DNA of 61,622 nucleotides, filler included, from Choristocarpus tenellus KU-1152 (GCA_964200185.2; 9 parts of 9 records of this genome joined end to end with filler, not necessarily neighbours in it), one strand, 5' to 3'. Positions 24,026-38,000 are shown, counted from the whole stretch's first letter. Numbers and translations: made by a program. The notes: generated by a model from the letters alone, not told the origin.

Positions 24026-27000
24026 TCTGTTGCACTGCACACTGCATAGTTGCTGAGCTTGGGGGAAACCTCCCCACTCCCCATAACTCTGACACTCTTT
24101 CTCTTGAAGTGTCCCGCCCTCCCTGCTTCCATCTCAAAGTCTGCTGACACGTAGCACTTATTTTCCTTAATTTTGCGAGCATACTCTAGTCTTCGCCTAT
24201 CTACCTATACACACAGTGACAAGAGCCAGCATGCACCAGGAAAAAAATAAAAGGCAAGTGGGTTCAGGGTGGAATACAAGCTGTCTGTCTATTCTGTCTT
24301 GATGTGGGCACAGGAGGGCTGAGAGCTCTACTGCGCAGTGATGCCAGTCCAATTTGTTCCAAGGGATGAGTTACCACAGTGTGCTCTCATGCCAGTTACT
24401 TATGCTTGAGACCAAAATGTCTTGCGCTTCACTGGCAATACTCTGACAAAAATCAACATCCAACAAAACTACATGAGCTACTTGTGCAGCAATCACAAGC
24501 GTGCCCAAACTCAAGAGTCAAAATTTATTCTGCTTGAAGTGTTTCCAGCCGATAGCAATAACAGTGACCTGATTGACTTGCTGTAAGCATGTGCTAGAAG
24601 GTCTTGCTGTGAAGACCACCTTCAATGCAAGAAGGACTCCGTGCTTCAACAGTCATGAATATCTCACACAAGACAACCCAAGCAACGCCAGCAAGACTCC
24701 CTCTTCATCTCCCTCAAAATCATCTCTCCATCAAGGCGGTGGTGGCAACATTAAGTGTCAATGGCTTGTACTTGTATATTCACAGGTATTATCAAAGTAA
24801 AAGCTGTTGAAGCCAATCAGTGCATGCTCTTGAGTCGAAACAGGAAAGCACCAAATATACACCCAAACACACTCTAACACTCACCAACTGGTTGAACTGC
24901 TCGTTGGTGCGGCTTAACAACATATAGTCCAGGTACTTGGTCAGATCACCCCCTCCAACCTTTTCAGCCCGCACTGACTCTGTAAGAGGATAGCCCTCAT
25001 AGACTGGAGTTACATACACTCCAGATTCCCCAAGGTCCACCACTACCCCCGTACGAATGCCAGCTGCCATTGTGGCCAGAGTGGCCTCATTGGCCAGGCG
25101 AACAGCAGGCACCTGATAAAAAATTAAATAAAATACAATCGTGAGGAAAGATGCTGCTTCATTAAGACTGTAAAAAATGCTCACATCATTATTTTTTATT
25201 ATCATCACAAATCTTGGACAATACAACACTCAACACTATGTGATGCCCGTAACACTTGAGATGAAAATATACAAAAGACTAAGCACTGACAGTAACAGTC
25301 CAGTTAAAGACACAATAAAAATATGCATCTAATCTGTAAAGAGTGAGATGAAAAACATACACAGCATTATCGAGCGCCGGTAACACTTGACAAGCATCAT
25401 GTGTAACAGTGGGCAAAATGTTAACACACAAACTGCTAACATTGTGTTGTCAAGTACAATGTTATCCAGGGTGTGGAACACTTTGACTCTTGACATTTTG
25501 TTGTCTTCCTATCTTCATAAATGAAAAAACAGATTATGTCTCAAGTTTAACCTTTTACACAAAGAAACAAGCGAAAATGTTACGACTGCAGCGCCGGAAC
25601 TAGAAAAACATAATCAAATTTGAACTTCTCTGTGACAAAAACTAAAGACTGTACAGGGTGAAGGTGTGAGGTAGGTTCAACCTCAGCACCAACCTCCTCA
25701 TACATAGCAACAGGAGACATCTAGCACAAAAAAAAAAAGGTACAGGTTATCTGTAACTATAACATCAAAAAATAATCAACACTACATCGTGCTACCATCA
25801 GTAGAGTATCAAGGGATTCAAAATACCACAGTTTCAACCATTATTGTAGATAAATAAAGCCAGCAAAAATGGGCCGGCAGGCAGGCACGTAAGCATCGCA
25901 AAAAGGCGCATGACCAACAGGGATCCAAAAAGAGACCATGATCACGATACTTCCAACACCCAGAATACACTACCACAGTAAGAGTCAAATGCCCTGTACT
26001 GTACCTTGAGGACCTCGAACAGAACTGAAACCATCTGCCACAGCTCGTCCGGAGTTGCCGTGGGCTTATACGGAAGGATGATCGGCACTTGTGAAGAGTC
26101 CTGCTTCAGCAACATGTAAGCATGCTCCCAGAGTCGTTCAACATCCCGTGATGCGTCCTCTACAGAGGTTACATGTCCCCGTTCCATGGGGCAGGACAGA
26201 TTGAGCTTGGAACGAAGACCACTGTCTGGGTGGTCCATCACACAATACCAGGCATCTCCCCCAACAAAGAGGCCAATGCTGAGGGACAGGGGGTAAGAAA
26301 GGTTGGGGTCAGAGGAAAGATCGAGGGTAAGGTGAAGAGCACGAAAGGCTGGGAAGGGTGGGGGCAGAGGGGGGGTCATATAATACAACAAAGGCACTAT
26401 CAAGGTGCTGGAAATGGAGAAGATGGCATTTGTATCCAAAAACAATGCCTGGAAGTCACGGCCCTTTCACAAAAAACGGTTGACAACCAGTCCAGGCAGC
26501 ACACAACTAGACAAGTGCCGCACAGCATAGCGTAGTACAATAAACACAAAGCCAACACAAAAAAAGGACTTAAGGCTAAAACCGGGGATAAGAATGGAGA
26601 CAGAGTCACACAATTCAAACAAGCACTCATATATACGATGATGAAGATGATATGAATGAGAAACGAGGTGTACAACATGGGGCCAACAGCAACAACCAGT
26701 ACAACATGCAAAAATAGACTCTCCCTACAACACATGCTAAAACTCACTCGCGAAACTTGGAATACATAGGTGCAGCCAAGGATGATGCCCCATTCACCAG
26801 CTCGTTCAGGTCCATCCCTTCCCGCCGAGGACGTGCCACACAGCACGGGAAGTCATCGAAGTATGATCGAACGCTCCCCCCCCCCATCCCAGGCCCCCCT
26901 TTCCCCTTTCCATCCTCACGTGCTGCTACTTCCGCCTTCGACATACCCCCCTCGCCCTCTCCATCCCGAGGCAGATTTAGAACACCACAACGTACTCGCC

Positions 27001-28054
27001 AGGAACCTGTTTCAACCACAACAAAAAGGTCTTCTGTTGCAACAAAGCCATGGTCTGCGGGTGCCAGTCGAGACATGGGAGAGAGCACGGAGGGAGCTGC
27101 CATATGGAGCACCCTATTCCTCTTCTCAGCAAGATTACCCATCCCCCCACCATCACAAACCCCATCCAACTCTCCACGTTTGACAAAAACTTTGCTTCCT
27201 TCCCCCAGCCTCACATCCATTGTTGAGGTAGATGCACCGAATGTGGCGGCAACCTTGGCAGACAACTCTGTCCCCTGGGATCTGGGAGATAGTGACAACG
27301 GCATCGCAGCACCAGCAGTTGCAGATGCTGCCTTTCCAGGGGAATATGATGCTATTGCCCGGTCTACACCCCCTGGTGGTGGAGGCAGCAGCGGTTCATC
27401 TATCTCACCTTCCACACCACCCCCTATTCCCATTGGTGTCTGTGGCAAGCTCCAGCCGCCTGCACATACAGGGGACACACTTCGGATCTCTTTACGATGC
27501 TCAAGTTCCACCGCCTCCGTATCTAGTCGTAAACCAGCAGCAAATTCTGACATATTTGAGCTCCTCCTTCCCCTCTCTGGAACAGCAGACTTCTCAACCA
27601 CATCAGCCACCTCTGCTGTCTGATCATACCCTGCAGTCCCTTCAGCTTCAATTTCATCAATGAGCTTGCTCTCACCACCGACACCATCATGACCCCCACC
27701 TCGGCCATTGACACCGCTAACCTGCCCTGCTGATGTCACTATCGGTCCTGCCAGAAGTTCAACCAGAGCTGTCACAGTACTCTGTTTGTCAGTATCTCCA
27801 AACCTAACTCCTGGTGCTCCAATGTTTGCTTCTCTTCCACCTCCATCTGTACTAGTCACCACCCCCTCTTCAGTTACTCCCCCTCCTTCAGCTTGAACCT
27901 CCTGTGCAGTTCTAGGACCAGACTCTTCTCCCCCACACCTCTCTTCCACCTCCACCTCTCCCCCCCCCCCCCCCCCCCCTCTCCCCCCCTCTCCCCCTTC
28001 TCCCTCCCCCCCCCCTCCCCCCCCCCACCCCCCCCCTCCCCTTCTCTCTCCCTC
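24026..28054 (-). CDS. Divergent actin-related protein with long low-complexity N-terminal region (partial at both ends)
   Basis: Phase-consistent exons: 26748-28054 (..LFVVVETGSWRVRCG..FPCCVARPR, phosphate-1 loop), 26005-26278 (GLFVGGDA..CPMERGHV..ERLWEHAY..LFEVLK), 24885-25112 (VPAV..EATLA..AGIRTGVVVDLGESGVYVTPVYEGYPL..GGGDLTKYL), ~24026-24204 (ARKIKENKCYVSADFEME, cf. actin VRDIKEKLCYVALDFEQE). Confidence 0.9.
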
Positions 28055-28154
28055 NNNNNNNNNNNNNNNNNNNNNNNNNNNNNNNNNNNNNNNNNNNNTT
28101 AATTAATTAANNNNNNNNNNNNNNNNNNNNNNNNNNNNNNNNNNNNNNNNNNNN
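28055..28154. other. Artificial contig-joining spacer
   Basis: N44-TTAATTAATTAA-N44. Confidence 0.99.
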
Positions 28155-28380
28155 GGGGTCAAAATCCGATGTTGTGATTTCGATGTAATTTTGGCTATCG
28201 TGCTTGTTAGGAAGTGTCAATATCCTTGTTCCGGACACACCTTTTCATAACGTATATATTTTACCTACGCCGAAACCATTTCGGAGTGGGAAAAAGTCAT
28301 AAAAGCCCCGAAGGAAATCAAGCCCCAAATGGACACAGACAAACAGAGCAAAACTCGTACCCTCTAAGATACTTTCACTC
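28155..28380 (+). mobile_element. MITE family A copy, 5'-truncated by contig start
   Basis: Family A body ending taccctctaagatactttcactc. Confidence 0.9.
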
Positions 28381-29077
28381 TCATCCCTAGTAGAAAAAAC
28401 CAATTCTTGCCTTTTGAATTTGTTGGGGTATTTTTTTTTATGGGCACTCTTTTGTTCATATGAAGTGCAGCCTCCTGTCTCGTCTGCCATTGGGGCCACA
28501 TTCAACCCCGAGAACGGATTCTCTCGCCTTGTTAGAACTACTCAAATGGCATCTGTAGTCTTACATTAGGCGTAATTAAACTATCATGACAAGCTGTTTA
28601 CTTTCCTTGTAGAAATTTTCCAACTCTCTCAGACTTCAATCCTTGACTAACTAGTTTGTGCAGTGCAGTGATTCAACCCTCCCCCCAAAATGGTTTTTTA
28701 GGTGGGTCAAATAGCATTCCAGTGAGGATATACACCCTCCACCCAAAGTGAAACTGGCAATGATATCACAAGTAGAAATAGTGCTAGAAAAATATCACAT
28801 GGAGCGATCTGGAGATCCTGAGCTTATGTTTGTTCTCAAGCATGAGCCTGTATCATGTAGTCGGTAGAACAAGCAGTACTAGCATGCCATGCCATTAACA
28901 ACATTTTGGGTCATAGGTCGGTAGATTGGAGAAGCATGGCTGGGCATTATACTTGGAGACGGCGGGTTTCACTGGCAGCCGGGAGGCTCCCACTGAGGAC
29001 AACTAATCAGTGAATGTTGAATGTTGAACACGACCCTATGACAATGTGGGCAAGCAGCACCATTGACACTACTGCAC

Positions 29078-32000
29078 CTCATGGAACTTGGCTATGGTCA
29101 AAGTCCCACTCCTAGCCTGGTCTAGCTCCCTGAAAGTATCCTCCACCGACCTCCCAGCGAGCTCTGCTCTGGTCAGCAACCTGTTGTTTCACAGATAAAC
29201 ATTGGAAAGGGTGGAGCGCATCTAGATGGCATGATTTTTGCCTTGACTTTTTTGTAGAGATTTTTTGTTGGAATTTGTTTCCTGCACTATCTTGTTGAGA
29301 AAATGTCCTATTCACCTGACATAATATGAGAAATGGGTGGACAGACAGAGACACATTAACCAGATCCATCCACTAAAGTCTTGCCAACAATTACATATAT
29401 TCAACTCTGGAAATGCCCCCACCTAATACAAGTCGGTCCAGTCACTACCCCGACAAACCACTCCCACTACCCATCCATTTTTAGACTCAATCTTCATTGT
29501 TCGACATGATCCCAACCAAATACTCAGTAGAATATAGTATGACCACTTTTGCCTGCTTGCCTTTGTAGCTTTGTTTCCACTTCCATCCCAGTCCTATTTA
29601 CCCCATGCTTCTGACGAGCCTGCATGAATGTAACCAACTCCCCCAAACCCACCCTACCAGTACCCCCTGGATCAATCCTCCGCAAGATGAGTTTGATGTG
29701 GTCATCTGTCATCACAGCCCTGTTTCCGTCCCCTTCCCTCTGTATCAATCCTCGGAAGATTTCTCCTAGATCCTGAGTCCTACGGCATTGAGCAGCCAGT
29801 TAGTTGCAGGGTCCAGGAGATTGAATTAAGCCAAGAAAGTAGTCTCCTATCAGCATCACATGTGCATCTCCTAGGTACATCGATGCATTGATACATAGTA
29901 TTGACTTACTCCTATATAATAGGGTGTTGCAAAGCGAGAGCTGGTCAAAAATGGCAACCGCTTAATGGGTTATGTATCGGACAACATTTTATTGATTCCA
30001 TTTAGATGGCACCATAGATGTGTGATGATGACAACAACACTAATAATGTTTTTAGCTTGAGGACACTCTGACCCTCTGCATCTATCACCATACACCTCTT
30101 CGATCTTGAAATAAGAGAGGAGAGGAACTTCACCCCTTTGGAAGTGTTCAACCTCTACAATTTCAACCCCTAACCTTCCTTGTACATCAGCTTCATGGAG
30201 ATGCTTGATATCCTCTACAAACTAGCCTGCACTGAATTGGTATGCTATGGTGCCCACATCGGAAATTGACACTGACTTGTTGCAAGATACACATCCCATC
30301 CAGCAACAGAAACTGGTTGGGCTTTGTATTAACCCCTCTTTTAAGAGTCAGACAGCATAAGGATTCACTGCATTGTGGTTCAATGAACCTGTCATCTTGA
30401 TGGGAGACATTTGCAATGCTAAAGGGATGGTTAAGAGGCAACCTAGTCAGCACTCTGTAACTGCGAGGGAAACAAATCTAGCCCCCATTTTCCCCAAAAG
30501 CCCCCTCTGCCCCTATTTCTTCTGACACTTGTGCTTTCATAGCATATGCACCCCCTGTATCCATTCAACACAGCTGCTTTATGTGTCAGATATATCAAAT
30601 ATAATTTGTTCTAATCATCGAAATATGGAACACTAATAGTAATTTCACTCAAAGCAATGCTACATTGCATTAAGTTCAACAGATAGCTGATTAGCCGCAA
30701 TCCTAGATTGCATGAAGGGGTCTCCCTTTGTGAGGTACCCAATGAAAGTGCCTATTACATATTTTCTGCCTAGGTTCCATGCCACATGTGTTTTGTACCT
30801 CACAAGGTCATAACATTGTCACATGGTTTGAGATCCCTCAACCACAATGATGTCAGGGGTTTGGTCAAAATCGTGTAAATCGGATTGGCAGAACATGTTC
30901 AAAACTTGTGTTCAATGCTCGCATTATCTGATCATCAACATTTACTGGTCTAGTTTCCAAGAACACAACTTTATGTGAAAAATACTTTGAAAATTTCAGA
31001 ACACCGTCAGAAAATACATTCACCTACTCTCTCTAGCATAAATGCATATCCTCCAAGCGAACCTTGTCACCTTATCTCTCCTGTTCCCTCTTTGTCAAAT
31101 CGGGAAAATGCATCCTCAAGACAGAAGGCCCCTCGGGCTGCAGCCTTTTCCATAGCCTCCACGAGGTGTTGCTCTAAATGACGAATTGCTGGTACACCTA
31201 GAAGTCTGAGAAGTCTCCCTGCATACCACACAGTGCCCTTTACTGAGCCACGAAATCGCCTCACCAATAACATCAGCTGGGAGTGACAGATATCGTGGTA
31301 GGAATTGCAAAGGCGAAGGGTGCCATCCACATTTAGTACCCGGATAAGGGGTTTTGATGGCATGCTTGAGGAGATCCAGCAGGTTGATCTTGAACATTAA
31401 AGTTGGAAAATATTCTGCACTTGAGCATAACATCAACATTTTGATTTCCAAAATAGGCTGATGACACATTTTGAGAAAATTACTACTATATCATAGCCTG
31501 AGTCACCTCATCATAGCCCATGCAGTCTGCATCCACCTCCCCCCGACCTCTGCAAGCCAGACTTGCATGATCTCTTGCCGCCCCCATGGATACAGACGAT
31601 AAATACGATGACAGCTCAGGGCTTGACTGTGACAAAGGTCGACCCCGTACCTGTAGTTACCAAATAAAAGGCACAAGGTATGTTAAGTATAAAAAAACTC
31701 GGTTACTTTAGGCTCTTTTTCAACGATCTTAAATGGTCGCCCAAAGACCAAATTGTGTGCAGGATGCTGAGTGAAAGTATCTTAGAGGGTAGAGACGCGT
31801 CCATTTGGGGGCCAAAAGTCAGTGTTGCGATTTTGATACAATTTTGGCTATCGTGTTTGTTAGGAAGTATCAATATCCATGTTCCGGACACACCTTTTCA
31901 TGACGTATACATTTTTCCTACTCCAAAACATTTTGGAGTAGGAAAATGTCATAGAAAATCCATGGGAAGCCAAGCCCCAAACGGACAAACAGGGCAAAAC

Positions 32001-35000
32001 CCATACTCTCTAACATACTTTCACTCTGCTTGATACTGCAATGCAGTTGCACAGTGAATAGGTGGTTAAGTTACTGCAGGGGAGGGTGAGAGGGGGTAAG
32101 TTGTTGAAAAAAGACTAACCATGGGCGCACAATGCACCAACAAGAAAAATTGTTCCGGTAACACGTGATCAATGTTAAGGTCCTCTCCTTCTACACATCT
32201 GGTACCAACTCAGAGTAGAAATAATCAAATGAATAGGGGGGACTTGCACAACTCAAAGACTATCTGTTGCTGACTCAGAGTCAAGAATGAGCAGTGTCTA
32301 CTACACAGCCCACCAGGGTTTGACCTCACATAAGGCACCCAATGCCCCCCTCTCAATTCAGCTTCACGTTGCTCTGCTTGCACCACTCCCAATACCTCTC
32401 CTCAGTCCAAGGTGCTGACTAACCTTTAGTCTAGGTCTTGTTCCTCGGCCTATGCCCCCTCCAGTAGAAGCAGAGGCCATTCGCCAGTCCATCTTGAGAT
32501 TAGGGCCAGCCAGGGGGGGGTGCAAGGTGGATGGAGCTGCACCTGATCCAGAAGGTCCTCCACCCTGACCAGTCTCACCATAGTTGCATGCCAGAATCTT
32601 AGCATACATTGGGATGTGGTTAAATAGGTGAGGGGGGGTCGAGTGATTTTATAGTTTATGATTTTGGACGTAGGGGGAGTATAGTGGTTCATAGAAATAT
32701 CTGGAAAGGTACTGTCCTTGACTTAAAATCATTGTGAGACGGTGTACAGCATAGGATGGATAGTGAGACTTCAGTAAGATATTCACACTGAACTGGTGTT
32801 TAATCTGAGCTAAAAACTACTCCACTCCTGATGTTCGCTATATGTGTATATATGTACCTGAACTAACCCCACAACAGTGCCCTTGCTCGGCAGTCCATTC
32901 TGCACAGTTGTACCACTTTCTCTAGTCCCTCCATAGCCCTCTACCATTTCGGAAGCAGCCAGCACTTCATACTCCTAATCAGTCGGGTGAGATGATGTCA
33001 GGAAGCGAGACAAATATGGGAGTGGTATTAAGGTCTATGACTCGACTGGAAACAGCGCTTCAAGCAAGATAAATGTGTTGTATTTGAGTTGTGAAGAAGA
33101 GACCAATCTTTGTCAAGGTGATAAAAGATAGGAGGGAATAATTGAGGCTTTGTCCTAACGTACAATACTCTGCACAATCTGAAATCTTTCGTATTTAAGG
33201 TTGAAATCTTTCGTATTTAAGGTTGTCTTCTTCCTGCATAACTTTGTTCAGAAGGATTTCCTTGATCAAACTTCTCTAAGGCACCATTACTATCTTAAGG
33301 TGTCGAGCCATTTGGGACTGTAATATCTGCTTTGAGTATCTCATGTTGCTTATATTCCCAATTTGTTGTGTTTGGATCTCTTCAACCCAGTTTCCCAAAA
33401 TGATGTAGGCTCAAGTCTAATACCTTATCATCAATATTCTTCTCCAGTCTTGGCCACTGGTCATGGATCAAAATTCTGGAAATATTATCCGCCTCTCTGT
33501 ATCTCAACATCGATCTTAGTGGTGCTCACCATAGCGGTCTTTACAACCCCCCTCTGTTGCCGCATTAGAGTCCTCAGGGGAAGGGCAAGGGTCCCAAGGT
33601 GCATTAGAGCATCACCATCCCACACATCAACAAATAGAGTCTTGGTCATAAGGTAGGTCGTGAAGGCAATTGCTTCGAAGGGCTGCAAAGTTCCGTGATG
33701 CACACAACAAAGAGCAACAGCAAGACAAAGAGGATAGTGCGATGAATCAACTTGAGTTCTGGATTGGTGTAGGGCATTATGGACGAATCGAATACCTGTG
33801 ACATCGTGCCTGTCAGGTTTGAGCTGATATTTTTAACTGTTACGGATGTTGAGGAGTATATTGCCCTGAAGAAGAAGCAAGAGGCATGAGGGGCATGGGG
33901 ATTGTGGCGTGAGAGAGAGGGTGAGAAGTGGACAGGGCGGAGTAGTTCAACTGTGCCGGAGAGTTGAAGATGCACTGAAGCCACGGTGTGAAAGAGGGGA
34001 TGATATCTACCACCTGTACACCTAAGCACATCTCAACTTAGAGCTGAACCCTAACTGGGGGTTTAATTTGCATGGTCATTATTGAAAAAAAAGGACCACA
34101 TTTCTCAATCTACACCATATATCATCCTTTTTGAATTCAAGAAAGTAAATTACAAGAGGAAAAATTTGCCTCTTTTTTTTGCCCACCTGCATCATTGTGG
34201 TGTCAATGCTATGGCAGAGTCCCAGGGAGGGTTCATCCCTCCCATAGCGTCCCTCTCTCACGAGAATGTGCAGCTTGGCTGAGTTCTCACCCCTCTCGGC
34301 CTATTTGTGGTGGGGAATGGAGTAGTACTATGATTAAGGAATAGGACACAAGAGGGGGCACAAAAAGAAAACTCCATACCAGTTCAATAGTGTGCACTTC
34401 AGATTTAGCTAATGCCATGTGCTTGCTTTGCAACCTCCTATCAAATGATAACATATATATCGCTCAGTAAGTCACACAAAGAACCTATGGATAGCTAATT
34501 TGGAGGTGTCACTGATGGAGAGGGTTATACACTAGGAGATGGAAAATTTCGAGATGATATCTGGAGTATCATACATTTGTGAACCATGACGTCTACTGAG
34601 AAGTGACATTTCCGTGGATAAGGGTGGAATATGTTAAATTAGTTCGATATAGGTGATATCGGGGCCACTTGGGAAGAAATTCCAATCCCTCCTGGAGAGA
34701 CTTGTTCTTAAATTAAGCGGTCAGTTTCTGCTCACCAATCTGAACTAATTGTATCATACAAGTAATGATTGAAGAAGTTAGGTGTCTTCAGCGATGTATT
34801 TCCACAGCAGAATATGGAGTGCACAAGCCATTATAATAGTTGCCTACTCCAGCACATGATCATGTCCAAATTCCTACTGCTCTGCCCTGAATATTATGTA
34901 TGTTCCATCACCACCCCTGTCCCTTTCTTCTGGTCCTGCCTGGGTCTGTCTTGGTCCAGACTCTAGCCATGTCCTCGTTCCCCTTTGCCCCACCTGGTAC

Positions 35001-38000
35001 AACTCATGTCACAACAATTCACCTGGTACAGTTTATCTCTTGGAGCTGTGGGACGGAGTACCATCCGCTCTGTACGTGTGGGTTTGCAGTTGTACAGCTG
35101 GTAAGTAAAGTAGATGGAAGAGGGCAGAGATGTTGCACCTGGTCCATTTGCTTCCCCCGCGTCTCCTGTGGCCAAGCGGAACCCTGCAAACTGAACAGTG
35201 ATGTCGTGCCTTGCCAGTGGATCTGTGGCCTCCAAGTCTCTGGAGAGCACAGCGGCAGGATTATGTTTGTGACTGGCACTACTCTTCGCCATCATGGCTA
35301 AGGACGAAGGATCTGCTGTGTCTCGCATCACATCCACAAACCCATGGCGGCTCAGCCTGTTTGGTGATTTGCAGAGGAGTTAGCGTGGTCATATGGGTAG
35401 CTTGCACATGCCTATATATCCGGTTGAACGAAAAAAATATTAAACCAACAGGAGGACTTGAATCTCCTATCCGAGGCTCTTCTTTTTTTAGAGGACATAA
35501 AGGTTGAATCATTTACTAATGTATTCAGCTGGTGTTACATATGTGCAAGAAGAGCACAGGTTTGGAGAAGTAGAACAATGGGAAGGGGGAAGGATTTCCT
35601 CTTCCTGCCAGAGTATGCACTCCATTTTTTTTAATGTAGATCCAAATTCCCATTAACTAGGTGGTTAAATGGAATTGTTAAGGGTGAAGTGGCAAGCTAG
35701 AAATTCCCTTTCCATTGCACTCATCTACCCACTCTCCCCTTGACTCTATCGAACCAACAAGTACTTATCACTGCATCCGCATCCTTCTCTCCACCTCCCC
35801 TACATTCCAAGCACCTCGCTCTTATCGCTGCATCCACGTCCTTCCCTCCACCTACCGTACATACCAATCACCTCTTAGCCCTGGATACTACAAATAGGTG
35901 TCCCTTTCAGACAAATCAGTATACAAAATGATTAATGCATTTCCCTCATCCCCCCCAGAGTCCAATGCATGTTGTCCATTCTGTTGAGTGTCCTTGTAAC
36001 TCAGTGGTTAAGGGACCATGTATCTTGCATTAACTTTATGGGTTTCATTCCCCTCTATGGCAGAGGTTTTCAGGAAAATCTGATGTCGATTATTCAAAAT
36101 TTCATTTGGCAAGAACTGCAAATTGTACACCTTTTCTATCCCATCTGTTGCTATACCACAAAAAGGAGGGAAACCCAAACAGGGTGGCAAAGCTCCATCG
36201 CTGAGTGACACTAAAGCAGGGTCAGTGACAGAAGGGAGGAGGCAGAACAACGATTAGTGTGATGACTGGATCCAAGGCATCAGAGGCAAGGCACAAATGG
36301 AGACAATACATTTCCCCAAGCACAGACATATAGTATTTCAGAGGGTGGGGTGTTTAGCCCAGGTTATCCATTTGGGTCTTGATGGGGTGTTGTAAGTTAC
36401 CCCAGTTTGATACCTATTTTGAGAGTGATTTTGCTTCGAATTTTGTCTAGGGCTAGTGATGGAAAAGGAAGCTCCTTTCAGATGAAGAAAATTGTCACTG
36501 CATCTGAAACATTCACTCAGATGAGAGTGGAAGTATCTTAGAGGGTACGTGTTTTTCCCTGTTTTTCCATTTGGGCCTTGGCTTCTCATGGGCTTTTTGA
36601 TGACATTTTACCTTCTCTGAAGTGTTTTCAGAGTAAGTAAAATGTATACATTATGAAAAGGAGTGTTCGGAACATGGATATTGATACTTCCTAACAAATA
36701 CTATAGCCAAAATTACATCAAAATCGCAACATTGGATTTTGGACCCCAAATGGACCCGGCTCTACCCTCTAAGATACTTTGACTCATGACATGAAAATTA
36801 CTACAGGCTTAAACAGGTCCTGAATGGACGCCTGACCCACCATCTCGGATACTATGGGTCAGATCTAGGATTGGTATAGTAGAATGAGAAATAGTACAGT
36901 GTGTAGTACCTCTGACCACAGGCCAGGACGTTCCCCAGGCTAAAGTGACAATAAAATATAATGATTCTTTTGTAACTTTCATCAACTTCTCGCCTTGTTC
37001 GGTTAGCCCTTGAAAGGTCCTGTGCAGTGGGTAGAGCCCCTCCCACAACTACTGCTTCGGGTCCATACGTCCCCAGTCCAGCAGTTCCTGCTTCTCCACC
37101 TCCTACCTGAGCAGAGGCCTCATTATATAGGGGAGCCTGCAGTGTCTGACCCATCAGAGATCCCTTGTTCTTAGGTATCTTGAGAATTGAGAAAGCATTT
37201 GGTGTTAGGAAACGTTATCATAAACATTTTTTTTCTACGGACCTTATGGTGAATATTTTGGCAGTAACCAAGGAGAGGTAGAAACGTGAGGTTCATAAGG
37301 TTATGAGAGCAGAATAAAAGGGAAGTTGGCAGGAGATAGATGAATGTAGAAGAGGTCCAATCCATGGGGTGAGTGGCAAAGTTGAGGAAGTCTCAAGGAA
37401 AGCTGGCAATTAGTCAATCTAAGAACTGTATTCTCCCATCATTCATTCAGTCAACTCCCATCAATCTAAGAACTGTTTCTTGAACTATAATTCACATTGC
37501 ATTCAAGTCTGGCTAAGGAATAATTGAGGATTTGCTGTAGTGATACCACCCATAGCCTTTTTGTACTACTACATCTATTTCCCCTTCTTCCCTGGTGTTT
37601 TACCTTCATTCCTTTTCTCCAAGTCTTCCAGTCCTCACTCTGGGTTCCAGTGGTGACCCTAAGAACGTCTCTATCGCTCTTTCCTGCTGAACGAGTCTCC
37701 TTCACATTCTCCTGTGATTCCTCACTGCTGCTGCTACTGCTGCTGCTGCTGCTGCTGCTGCTGGTGGTACTGCTGGAGGATGGGGGCTTCTGTATAGGAG
37801 GCCGATGCTTCACCTAAATGGGGAGGTTGTTGAATATTGGGGTTAACGTAGAAGCAGATTTATACCACAGAGCCTACATTCGTGAGTTCGGTTGTGGGGA
37901 TGAGGACAAATAAATATTGAAAGTATATTTGCAGAGCCTACGGATTGATTGGGGATTTCTCAGATGTGTAATTTTCTAAAAGTGTAAAGAACCGTGACGG

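Noticed and set aside
33150-33480. Protein-like minus-strand reading (NISRILIHDQWPRLEK..) plus a 22-bp tandem duplication in an NPHP4 intron
   Set aside because: In-frame stops, no homology recognised, and not needed for the NPHP4 exon phase chain.
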